Origin: a virus | Lineage: Duplodnaviria; Caudoviricetes | IMG/VR virus record: IMGVR_UViG_3300048861_000025 | Coordinates: 1-42,805 of that record | Reading direction: 5' to 3' (one strand) | DNA length: 42,805 bases | Part shown: positions 34,813-42,805 of the stretch, piece after piece | How the letters are laid out: every line of letters begins with the position of its first letter | How positions within the stretch are numbered: the stretch's first letter is position 1 | Position numbers and translations under genes: made by a program | The notes under the pieces: model-generated | Database searches by the model: none | What the model saw: only the letters and a program-made list of their open reading frames with translations | Told to the model about the DNA's origin: nothing

Positions 34813-37800
34813 CGCAACCCTGGTTCACTGCCGCGATCCGTTCCGCCCGCAGTTGAATCGCGAAATCGTACCGATTCGTCGGCGCGTTCGTCTCGATACG
34901 CTGCTTCGACGGAGAGGGGTAGTTTCGGGTCGCGGTCGGTCGATGAAGCGCTTGCACGCGTTCGTGCCAATGATCAACGGAAAGCCAGTTCTTCAGTGCG
35001 ACTGGGGTCGGCCGATTCGAGACGGGGACGTGGTAACGATTGCAGCTTTGCCGAAGGGCGGCGGTGGCTCGAACCCACTGACCATGCTCCTTCAGATTGT
35101 CGTTATAGCCGCAGCGATCATAACGCAGCAATACTATGCGGTTTCGCTGGCCGCCGCGATAGGTACGACGACGGCGACGGCCGCTGCCATCATATCGACG
35201 GGCGTCATGATAGCCGGCACGTTCCTGGTGAATGCGCTCGTGCCGCCTGCGCGCGCGCCGTCTTCAATGTCGGCTACGGCAGCCAGTCCGACGTACACCA
35301 TCGGTGCCCAAGGGAACTCCGCTCGGCTGCAGAACCCTATCCCTGTGCTCTACGGACGCTATCGTGTCTATCCGGACTTCGCGAGCCAGCCATACGTCGA
35401 GAACATCGGAAATCAGCAATACCTCTATCAGCTTTTCTGCATCAGCCAAGGCGAGATCGACGTCGAAAAGGTGATGATCGGCGACACCGACATCTCGTCG
35501 TATGGCGAGGTCGAATACGAGATCATCCCGCCGAATGGAGCGGGGACTCTGTTTCCCGACAACGTCGTGACGAGCTCGGATGTCTCGGGCCTTGAACTTC
35601 TCGGCGCGAATGAAAAGCCTGATGATGCGCCTGACAACTGGACCACATGGATAGGTCCGTTCGTTGCCAACCCGGCGGCTACCGCAGCGAATTGCATCGG
35701 TATCGATATTGCGCTGCCGAGTGGTCTGTTTCATGCCGACGACAATGGCAATCCGTCCAGCACCTCCGTTCAGTATCAGGTTCAGGCCCAACTCATAAAT
35801 GACGAGGGCACTGCGATCGGCGACTGGTTCGACCTCACGAACACCACGATCACGATGGCGACGATACAGCCGCAGATGCTGTCGAATCGCTACCTCGTGC
35901 CGGCCGGCCGCTATCAGGTGCGCGCCCAGCGTGTAGGGGATAAGAACACCGACTCCCGCACGGCGAACACGGTCGAGTGGTCGGGAATGCGGGCCTATCT
36001 GCCGAGCGAGCACTATTACGGCGACGTCACACTGCTTGCGATGATCATCCGCGCGACGAACAACCTGAACAGCAGCACGGCGAAGCAGATCAACGTCATC
36101 GCAACCCGCAAGCTTCCGATCTGGAATGGCTCGTCCTGGTCGGCGCCAACCGCAACCCGAAGCCCGGCGTGGGCGATTGCGGACGTCGTGCGTAACACCA
36201 CATACGGGCGCGGACTGCCGGATAGCCGGTTGAATCTCGATACGTTGCTGACGCTAGACGCGACGTGGTCCGCACGCGGCGATACCTTCGACGCTGTGTT
36301 CGACACGGCCAGCACGCTTTGGGATGCGCTGACGCAGATTGCGAACGTGGGTAACTCGATGCCGGTGTATTACGCCGGGGTCATCGACATCGTGCGCGAC
36401 GAAGCGAAAACGATCCGAACGGCCATGTTCACGCCGAGCAATATCGTCGCGAACTCTCTCAAGATCGAGTATTCGTTCCAGAGCTACGATTCGCCTGACT
36501 ATGTGGTCGTCCAATACACCGACGACGTGACATTCCAGCCGATGGATGTGCCGTGCGTGCTCGCCGGCGGCACGCAGCTCAAGCCGGCCACTGTGCAGCT
36601 CTTCGGTTGTACCAGCCGCGATCAGGCGTGGCGTTTCGGCATGCGGCTCGCCGCGGCGAATCGCGATCGACGCCGCAATATCACGCTCACGACCGAGATG
36701 GAGGGCTATATCCCGCGTTACGGCGATCTGGTTCCGGTGTCGCACGATGTGCCTGCGTGGGGACTGGCTGGCCTCGTGCAGAGCTACACGGCGGGCACCG
36801 TGACGACTTCAGAGCCACTGGAGTGGATTGCCGGGCAGACCCACTATATGGCGTTCCGCCGGCGCGACGGCTCAGCGGACGGCCCGTATGTCGTGACGCA
36901 GGGCGACGACGATTTCACGGCTATCGTGGCCGGCGCGCCCGACCTGTACATTTCTGATGGAACGGACGAAGAGCCGACCGCCTATCAGTTCGGCCCAGGC
37001 GAGCGCCGCGGTCTCGATTGTCAGGTGCTCAGTGTGACGCCAAAGGGCGACGGGCAGGTAGATGTGGTGATGGTGAACTATGCCGCGTCCGTTCAGGAAG
37101 TCGAGACGACGGGATCTGCACCGCCGCCGCCAGCAGCCTCGCTGCTGCCAGGGATCACCGATGCTCCGATCGTTGCTTCGGTGGCGGTGATTGGCTCGCC
37201 CACGAATGGCCTGTCTGTGGTCTCTTGCACGCCCGCGGCGGGCGCTTCGTCGTATGAGTTTCAAGGGTCGCAGAACGGTGGCGCAACATGGACGCCGCTG
37301 GGCGTTGGCTCGCTGCCGTCAGTCAACGCGAACCTTGGTGCTGGCGCTTGGCAGGTTCGCGCCCGCGGTATCGGTACGCTGGCTGGCCCATGGGCTTATT
37401 GGATTGGCACGATTGCTGACGTAACGTACCCGCCGGCGGCACCGACACTTACGTTGCAAAATCCGCCGTTCAACGGTGGAACCATGAATATCAACGTGTC
37501 GAACGCCAGAGGCGACTTTCGCCATGTTCAAGTGGTGACAGGCGGTGTAGCCAGGTTGGAATACGACACGACGAACTACGTTATCACGTGGGATGCGAAC
37601 ACCGCGCGTGCAAATAACGCCGTGTCGCCGTCGGTGACGTTCAACGTCACCGAAGAGAACATAGTTGGATCGTCGCCCTCCGTTGCGACCATCACAGTCA
37701 CCAAGCCGCCTCCGCCAGCGCCGACCGCTACTTACTACCCAAATGGAGACGGGACCGGCCTGCTATATATCAACGCCGTCTCTGCTCAAGACATCGACAA

Positions 37801-37984
37801 GTACCTGATCCGTCAAGACTCGGCAGGAGGACCAGTCGTATACGAGAGTTCGTCCGCCGGATCCGTCACGGCGACAGAGGGAACTACCTACTACCTGAGC
37901 GTCACGGACCTTTGGGGCAACACCTCCGATTCGACGCCAGTTACTCCGGAGCCTCCACCCCCTGATCCAGGCGGCAACCACTAG
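34805..37984 (+). CDS. Central tail tip / host specificity protein (J-like, N-terminal gpI-like segment, C-terminal Fn3-like repeats)
   Basis: P.GGG then hydrophobic stretch, N.ARL..PIPV.YGR..VYPD, TRSPAWA, VV.YTD...F, GD...VSHD.P.W. Confidence 0.92.
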   Translation: MFNATLVHCRDPFRPQLNREIVPIRRRVRLDTLLRRRGVVSGRGRSMKRLHAFVPMINGKPVLQCDWGRPIRDGDVVTIAALPKGGGGSNPLTMLLQIVVIAAAIITQQYYAVSLAAAIGTTTATAAAIISTGVMIAGTFLVNALVPPARAPSSMSATAASPTYTIGAQGNSARLQNPIPVLYGRYRVYPDFASQPYVENIGNQQYLYQLFCISQGEIDVEKVMIGDTDISSYGEVEYEIIPPNGAGTLFPDNVVTSSDVSGLELLGANEKPDDAPDNWTTWIGPFVANPAATAANCIGIDIALPSGLFHADDNGNPSSTSVQYQVQAQLINDEGTAIGDWFDLTNTTITMATIQPQMLSNRYLVPAGRYQVRAQRVGDKNTDSRTANTVEWSGMRAYLPSEHYYGDVTLLAMIIRATNNLNSSTAKQINVIATRKLPIWNGSSWSAPTATRSPAWAIADVVRNTTYGRGLPDSRLNLDTLLTLDATWSARGDTFDAVFDTASTLWDALTQIANVGNSMPVYYAGVIDIVRDEAKTIRTAMFTPSNIVANSLKIEYSFQSYDSPDYVVVQYTDDVTFQPMDVPCVLAGGTQLKPATVQLFGCTSRDQAWRFGMRLAAANRDRRRNITLTTEMEGYIPRYGDLVPVSHDVPAWGLAGLVQSYTAGTVTTSEPLEWIAGQTHYMAFRRRDGSADGPYVVTQGDDDFTAIVAGAPDLYISDGTDEEPTAYQFGPGERRGLDCQVLSVTPKGDGQVDVVMVNYAASVQEVETTGSAPPPPAASLLPGITDAPIVASVAVIGSPTNGLSVVSCTPAAGASSYEFQGSQNGGATWTPLGVGSLPSVNANLGAGAWQVRARGIGTLAGPWAYWIGTIADVTYPPAAPTLTLQNPPFNGGTMNINVSNARGDFRHVQVVTGGVARLEYDTTNYVITWDANTARANNAVSPSVTFNVTEENIVGSSPSVATITVTKPPPPAPTATYYPNGDGTGLLYINAVSAQDIDKYLIRQDSAGGPVVYESSSAGSVTATEGTTYYLSVTDLWGNTSDSTPVTPEPPPPDPGGNH

Positions 37985-38002
37985 CCGAGCAAACTGTTTT
38001 TT

Positions 38003-38030
38003 GGCCGCCACCGCGCGGCTTTTTCATTTT
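38003..38030 (+). terminator. Terminator after J-like gene
   Basis: GGCCGC-CACCGC-GCGGCT then TTTTCATTTT. Confidence 0.6.
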
Positions 38031-38042
38031 TAGGGGTTCTCG

Positions 38043-40499
38043 ATGAGCACTTCCAGCAGCCAACTGTTGGCCGATCTCGCGCGTCTGCATATCGACTCGG
38101 GGCTGATGCACGCCGTGATTCATGGGGATGCCGCAGCCACCGTAATGACGGAAGGCGGAATTATCCGCAGCGTCGCTAACGCGGTTAACGAAATTGCGGC
38201 ATTTACTCTTCGCGGTGGTTGGGAGGCAGGTACCGCCTACAACTTCAAGGACGTATATACCGACGAGTCTGGCGTCGCATATATGGTCCTCGTGGCGCAC
38301 ACGTCGACCACAATCAGCGCGGACCTGGCGGCGGGTAAAGTCGGCGTCTATCAGGGCATCCCTCCATCCGAATTTACGAGTCGAATCGCTCGCGTGGTTG
38401 ATTCGATCTCGGCACTTAGAGGCCTTTCGAAGTCGGTATATAACCGTGCGTTTGTTACTGGGTACTATGGACCCGGCGACGGTGGTGGCGGCGCATACTT
38501 CAAGGCATTTGACACCGCGCCAGACGGGTGGGAGAACGGAGGTACGCAGATCGTAACGGCGGACGGTGCGGGCTGGCAGATGGACGTCATCGGGGCCATC
38601 TGCATCCGCCAGTTCGGTGCGAAAGGAGACGGAGTGGACGATAGCAACTCCGTTGTCGCCTTCTTTTCGGCGCTGCGCGGCAGGAAGGGCATCATTACGC
38701 AAGGTCACTATGTCTGCAATACCGCAATCGCATTTCCCGACGGAACATTTCTCAACTTCGAAATCGAAGCGGGGGCTATCCTCGACTTGAGTGGGGTAGT
38801 CACAGCCGACGCAGCATTCACTATCGGCACCGATACTGGCGGGATGACGGCCCTGCCGACGATCGGGACCGACATCAAGAAGGGCGATTCAACCTTTTCA
38901 TTTGCCAGTGCACCAGCACTGGTGCCGGGGCAGATTTACATTGTCTGGAACAACACCCCATTCAGCTGGCTGAATAAGACTGATCGCGAATACTATCTGG
39001 CTGGCGAATTTTGTCGGGCAATGTCGGTGACGGGCAATACTGTTACCAACGAGAAGCGGTCGTTCGATTCGTATAAGGCTGGATCGAACATCCTTGCGTC
39101 CACGTGGGCAACAAACACCGTCAATATCAATGGGAAGGGGAAATTTGTGTTTCCTCCCAACACGACGGCGGCCACTGCCCAGATCGAAAGCGGACTCCTT
39201 TTATTTAACGGGTACCGCAGCAGCATTTCAGGAATTTCGGTGCAGGGCGCAAATCGCGCACAGATCGACCTGCGACGCTGTTTCGAATGTCAGGTCACCG
39301 ATATAACCTCTAACGATTACAGCGCCGATGTGGGGCTAGACTACATTGTGTCGATGATTGCCTGCTGGGATTGTCACGTCTCCGACAGTACCATGCAAGC
39401 CACGCGCCACTGTGTCACGCTAACAGGCGGGACGGTCACTGGCAGCATTCCAAACCGATTCTGTGGGGTGCATAACTGCACGGCGAGCAGCGCTACGACG
39501 CATGCGCTGGATATGCATGGCAGCAATGACTGGTGCGAGTTCACGGACAATACCGTATATGGAGGAGTCTTTCTTGGCGGTAACAATGTCACCCTTCGCG
39601 GCGGGCAGGTTTTCTCAGGTTATCTGCCGATGGCATCACCAGCTGGTCGGTGCGTCTATTTCCGTGACCCGAAGGGATGTTCTATCACGATCGCTGATGT
39701 TGAACTGCACCTATTGGACGTCGTCGCGAACGTCAACGATGCGCCAATCGATCTTCAGATAGCGCAGCAATATTCGACGGCTACGGGTCTGCTCGGCGGG
39801 AAGATCCAGATTTCGAACGTTAGCGTCGTGTCTGACGTAGCGATTGCTGGACCGGTTGCCATCATCAGCCTTCCAGCAATCAGCGTCGGAAACGTCGATC
39901 TCTCAGTCGAGGGAGTCGAGTTTTTATGCGACGGCAGCACGGTCTCACCGTTATTCAGGGTCGACGGAAATGCGGGAGGTTATTTTCGAAGTATTCACAT
40001 TCAGAATCTAAAAGGCGTCGCCTTGTATATCAATTCTGCGAGTGCCAAGCAAACGGTGATTGATGGCATCGACAACAGCGAATCGCCTACTCATGGTGTA
40101 TTCCTGAATTTTGCGGCTGCGGCGGTGCCCCAGATATTTGACGTTAAGAACGTGACGACTCGGTTGGCCCAGCAGGCAGGAATTCTGGTTTACGGCCCAG
40201 GTAAAGCCAACGATGTGATCGGCTCTATCAGCAACTGCTTTAGCATCAACAACAATCAAAATGGCACTAACACGACGTCGCGCTATAAGGCGAGTATTGC
40301 AGTCGAAAATCTGAAGGAGGTTTCAGTCACCTTCAATAAGGTGGGCGACACGCAGGTCACGCCTACGCAGATATATTCGTTTTCAGCGACTAACTGCGGC
40401 ATCGTCACAGAGGCACAAAACGGACGTCTTGGTACCGCTGCGTTGGGGCACTCAATTACCGGCGTCGATACCTTCAACCAGACTATTGCACCGCTCTAA
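38043..40499 (+). CDS. Tailspike / polysaccharide depolymerase with parallel beta-helix
   Basis: W.AGTAY..KD...Y....AHTS module, V.GYY.PGDGGGG.Y module, IRQFGAKGDG.DD start of pectate-lyase-like helix; Asn/Ile/Val/Thr-rich, lower-GC C-terminal part. Confidence 0.87.
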   Translation: MSTSSSQLLADLARLHIDSGLMHAVIHGDAAATVMTEGGIIRSVANAVNEIAAFTLRGGWEAGTAYNFKDVYTDESGVAYMVLVAHTSTTISADLAAGKVGVYQGIPPSEFTSRIARVVDSISALRGLSKSVYNRAFVTGYYGPGDGGGGAYFKAFDTAPDGWENGGTQIVTADGAGWQMDVIGAICIRQFGAKGDGVDDSNSVVAFFSALRGRKGIITQGHYVCNTAIAFPDGTFLNFEIEAGAILDLSGVVTADAAFTIGTDTGGMTALPTIGTDIKKGDSTFSFASAPALVPGQIYIVWNNTPFSWLNKTDREYYLAGEFCRAMSVTGNTVTNEKRSFDSYKAGSNILASTWATNTVNINGKGKFVFPPNTTAATAQIESGLLLFNGYRSSISGISVQGANRAQIDLRRCFECQVTDITSNDYSADVGLDYIVSMIACWDCHVSDSTMQATRHCVTLTGGTVTGSIPNRFCGVHNCTASSATTHALDMHGSNDWCEFTDNTVYGGVFLGGNNVTLRGGQVFSGYLPMASPAGRCVYFRDPKGCSITIADVELHLLDVVANVNDAPIDLQIAQQYSTATGLLGGKIQISNVSVVSDVAIAGPVAIISLPAISVGNVDLSVEGVEFLCDGSTVSPLFRVDGNAGGYFRSIHIQNLKGVALYINSASAKQTVIDGIDNSESPTHGVFLNFAAAAVPQIFDVKNVTTRLAQQAGILVYGPGKANDVIGSISNCFSINNNQNGTNTTSRYKASIAVENLKEVSVTFNKVGDTQVTPTQIYSFSATNCGIVTEAQNGRLGTAALGHSITGVDTFNQTIAPL

Positions 40500-40513
40500 A
40501 GGAGCGACAACTT

Positions 40514-40846
40514 ATGAATGCACGAGCGCGTCCCCTAATGCCAGACATTGTCGACCTGGCGGAGAAATTTTGGGAGCACGAGCGTAATCGCCAGGAGGCC
40601 GAGTTCTCAAGGCGCATAAGCGCGCAGCGGGCAGCCCGAGGAGGGGCACAGCCTAAAAACAAAGTTTCTTTTGAGCATCGCGTCCGCTCGAAGCTGGAGG
40701 CCGCGCGAGCCGGGGTAGAGCCTAAGAATCAAGTTTCGACCAGCACGGATATTTGCCGCCTTCGGGCGGCTTTTTATTGTCGGGCAGATTTTAAAGGAGA
40801 GATGCGTGACACAAGAACGGCAACCGGGGGCGGTGCTGCGAAGTGA
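40514..40846 (+). CDS. Hypothetical protein with 23-aa tandem repeat (uncertain)
   Basis: AAGGAG SD; AARGGAQPKNKVS / AARAGVEPKNQVS; runs through a terminator. Confidence 0.4.
   Translation: MNARARPLMPDIVDLAEKFWEHERNRQEAEFSRRISAQRAARGGAQPKNKVSFEHRVRSKLEAARAGVEPKNQVSTSTDICRLRAAFYCRADFKGEMRDTRTATGGGAAK
40755..40775 (+). terminator. Terminator before lysis cassette
   Basis: GCCGCC-TTCG-GGCGGC-TTTTT. Confidence 0.88.
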
Positions 40847-41123
40847 AGGGCGGCAATGGTCGTTCGACAGGTCGGTGAATATTCCGACGCTTATGACGCT
40901 GGTCGCGTTGCTGGCCGGCTGCTTGGGTTCGGGCTTCGGCCTGTACCTGAGCTTCGACCGGCGAATCAGCAGCCTGGAGGACCGAGCGAGCCACGTCGAG
41001 AAGGAGCAGGGCGAGCAGAAGTCCGACAACAAGGAACAGCTCAAGTCGATCAACGAAAAGCTGGACCGGCTTCTCTACGATCGCGCGGGCGTGCGTCCGG
41101 AAACGCGAGGGTGGACCAAATGA
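40806..41123 (+). CDS. Single-TM coiled-coil lysis protein (holin/antiholin-like)
   Basis: AAGGAG SD; TM IPTLMTLVALLAGCLGSGFGLYL; LKSINEKLDRL coiled coil. Confidence 0.68.
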   Translation: MTQERQPGAVLRSEGRQWSFDRSVNIPTLMTLVALLAGCLGSGFGLYLSFDRRISSLEDRASHVEKEQGEQKSDNKEQLKSINEKLDRLLYDRAGVRPETRGWTK

Positions 41124-41386
41124 AACTGAGGATCACGCTAGCCGACGGCTGGCAGAAGCTGCACACACGCGGCACGGTCATTTTCTCGGGCGCCGTCGCG
41201 GTTGTCGCGCCGCTCGGCGCCGTGCTGCGCGAGACGTGGAACGGCATGCCTGACGACCTGAAGCAGTATCTGCCGCATAGCGTGCAGCAGGCGATCAGCT
41301 ACACGATCCTGTGCGCGACATTCCTCGCGCTGCGTTACACGTCGGTGCGGCGCATGCCGAGGGAGGGCGACGATGGCACGCATTGA
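41120..41386 (+). CDS. Two-TM holin-like protein
   Basis: W..L...TVIFSGAVAVV...W..MP.DLK..LP...ILCATFLAL; directly upstream of endolysin. Confidence 0.72.
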   Translation: MKLRITLADGWQKLHTRGTVIFSGAVAVVAPLGAVLRETWNGMPDDLKQYLPHSVQQAISYTILCATFLALRYTSVRRMPREGDDGTH

Positions 41387-41861
41387 TGCAGGCACAGCCG
41401 GCGGCCAGAATCGGCTCGCGTTTCTCGACATGATCGCGGTGAGCGAGATCGGCGCGCCGCTGCTCGCGCGAAGCGACGACGGCTACAACGTGCTGGTCGG
41501 CGCGACCGCGGCAAAGCCGCTGTTGTTCAAGAGCTACGCCGACCACCCGAACGTGCTCAACGCCGCGCTGCGCTCGACGGCGGCTGGGCGCTACCAGATC
41601 CTGTATCGGTGGTGGCGCATCTACAAGGCGCAGATGTTTTTGCGCGACTTCTCGCCGATCTCGCAGGACCGCTACGCGCTGCAGCAGCTGCGCGAGCACG
41701 GCGCGCTGCCGTACATCGACGCCGGCCGCTTCGAGCTCGCCATCGCGAAGTGCGCGAACGTGTGGGCGAGCCTGCCGGGTGCCGGCTATGGCCAGCACGA
41801 AAACCAGCTTGAACATTTGCAGGCGGCGTTCGTGGCCGCCGGCGGGGAGATCTCAGCATGA
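41373..41861 (+). CDS. Endolysin, lambda R-like lytic transglycosylase
   Basis: AFLDMIAVSE, YNVLVG, STAAGRYQ, DFSP.SQD, WASLPGAGYGQ.E. Confidence 0.95.
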   Translation: MARIDAGTAGGQNRLAFLDMIAVSEIGAPLLARSDDGYNVLVGATAAKPLLFKSYADHPNVLNAALRSTAAGRYQILYRWWRIYKAQMFLRDFSPISQDRYALQQLREHGALPYIDAGRFELAIAKCANVWASLPGAGYGQHENQLEHLQAAFVAAGGEISA

Positions 41862-42223
41862 TCGCTTTGTTGCTTCAATTCGGGCCGTGGATTCTGACAG
41901 CGCTCGCCGGCGTGGCCGCGCTGCTCACGCACTGGAGCGCGAAATCCAAAGTCGCGGCAGCCGGCCAGAAGGTGGCCGAAGCTCAAACGAGCGCCGCGCA
42001 GGCGCAAACCCAAACCGCCGAGGTGCGCGACGCCGAGGCCCAGGCGAACGCGGCGGCCGCCCAGCAGGGCGCCACCGCACAAAAGGAGCGAACCGATGTG
42101 GAAAACGACGTTGCTACTTTGCCCGCTGGTGCCGCTGCTGATCAGCTGCGCAGCGAATGGAGCCGGCCAGGCGAAGACGCCGGTCGCGGAACCGTTGGTG
42201 CAGGTGAAGACCCGGTTCGTTGA
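41858..42223 (+). CDS. Inner-membrane spanin (Rz-like)
   Basis: N-terminal TM followed by Ala/Gln coiled coil; follows endolysin. Confidence 0.82.
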   Translation: MIALLLQFGPWILTALAGVAALLTHWSAKSKVAAAGQKVAEAQTSAAQAQTQTAEVRDAEAQANAAAAQQGATAQKERTDVENDVATLPAGAAADQLRSEWSRPGEDAGRGTVGAGEDPVR

Positions 42224-42359
42224 TACAGCGTGCGACTGGACGAAGCCAATCTACGTGAGCAAGGGGGACGTGCTGACAGACGAGACGGCCAAGGCGATTC
42301 TGGCGCATAACCTTGCTGGTGCGAAGCAGTGCGGTTGGAAACCGACGGTCGCGAAATAG
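42096..42359 (+). CDS. Outer-membrane spanin lipoprotein (Rz1-like), overlapped architecture
   Basis: AAGGAG SD inside Rz, lipobox LISC, DTAC.W..PI...D.LT..T...IL.HN...C. Confidence 0.85.
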   Translation: MWKTTLLLCPLVPLLISCAANGAGQAKTPVAEPLVQVKTRFVDTACDWTKPIYVSKGDVLTDETAKAILAHNLAGAKQCGWKPTVAK

Positions 42360-42362
42360 CCG

Positions 42363-42761
42363 TTACCGCCGGCGCTGATGCCCGCGCGCGATGACGAGCG
42401 CGGCGCGGTCTGCCGGGTCGTCCGGGTCAATTGAGAACGGCGCAATGTCCGCTGCAGACCGCGGCGTCGGCCGCCAGTGCTCAGGCTTCCCCTTTCCTCC
42501 TATCGGGCCTATTCGGCGCATCTCCGCACTCACCGCAGTATCAGCGGCGCGCAGCGGCGCGTCCTCACCGGTCAGCCGTCCGAACTCGGCCCGCTCTGCG
42601 ACGCGCGTCGCTTTCTGGAGCAGCCAATGCAGATGCGCGAGCAGCTCGCGAGAGTGCTGGACTTCAAGTATCAGGCGTTTCAGATCCTCATTTTCTCCGT
42701 GCAGCCGATACCACTCGCGCAGTTCAGTGAGCGTTGGAGGAGCGAAGGGCGGAAGGGTCAC
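42363..42761 (-). CDS. Putative LexA-regulated hypothetical protein
   Basis: LPPF.PPTL.ELR.W.....D..RLILEVQH.R; SOS box 15 nt upstream of GTG. Confidence 0.72.
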   Translation of the reverse strand: MTLPPFAPPTLTELREWYRLHGENEDLKRLILEVQHSRELLAHLHWLLQKATRVAERAEFGRLTGEDAPLRAADTAVSAEMRRIGPIGGKGKPEHWRPTPRSAADIAPFSIDPDDPADRAALVIARGHQRRR

Positions 42762-42776
42762 GGCAAACTCAAAGTA

Positions 42777-42792
42777 CTGTATGGATGTACAG
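42777..42792. promoter_or_regulatory. LexA SOS box
   Basis: CTGT-ATGGATGT-ACAG, matching the beta/gammaproteobacterial CTGT-N8-ACAG consensus. Confidence 0.85.
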
Positions 42793-42805
42793 TCTATGCC
42801 GTTTG

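Larger units (their letters stand above)
174..42805. mobile_element. Lambdoid siphovirus-type prophage integrated at tRNA-His; right end beyond window
   Basis: att-like tRNA fragment next to the integrase, then immunity, replication, packaging, head, tail and lysis modules in lambdoid order. Confidence 0.97.

Noticed and set aside
34805-40846. Diversity-generating retroelement or invertible tail fibre switch
   Set aside because: No reverse transcriptase, invertase, template/variable repeat pair or flanking inverted repeats seen
41858-42359. Overlapping ORFs after the endolysin as a novel overprinted gene
   Set aside because: Standard overlapped Rz/Rz1 spanin arrangement

Overview
The window is almost entirely one lambdoid (HK97-like head, long non-contractile tail) prophage. 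It begins at a 48-bp duplicated 3' half of tRNA-His(GTG) at 174-221, the left att site, and runs past the right edge; the second att site with the intact tRNA is not in the window. Gene style and high GC suggest a Burkholderiaceae host (inference). Order: int/xis; leftward early operon with two DNA methyltransferases, an HNH protein and several tiny membrane proteins; PL; three accessory genes in the rexAB position; cI with two HTH domains; cro; YdaT/CII-like gene; replication initiator with iterons; nin-like region; Q-like gene; two morons around the late promoter; HNH, terminase, portal, ClpP protease, capsid; tail genes with a -1 frameshift; beta-helix tailspike; lysis cassette; a LexA-boxed gene. 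The most notable items are: a motif-permuted C5 methyltransferase apparently split over two overlapping reading frames, with a relic third-frame leader; a DUF6978-like/DUF1828-1829-like gene pair downstream of cI (candidate defence or toxin-antitoxin system); a HEPN-like moron and a zinc-ribbon moron converging on the late terminator; and the double-HTH repressor. All family assignments come from motif recognition by eye, not from database searches.
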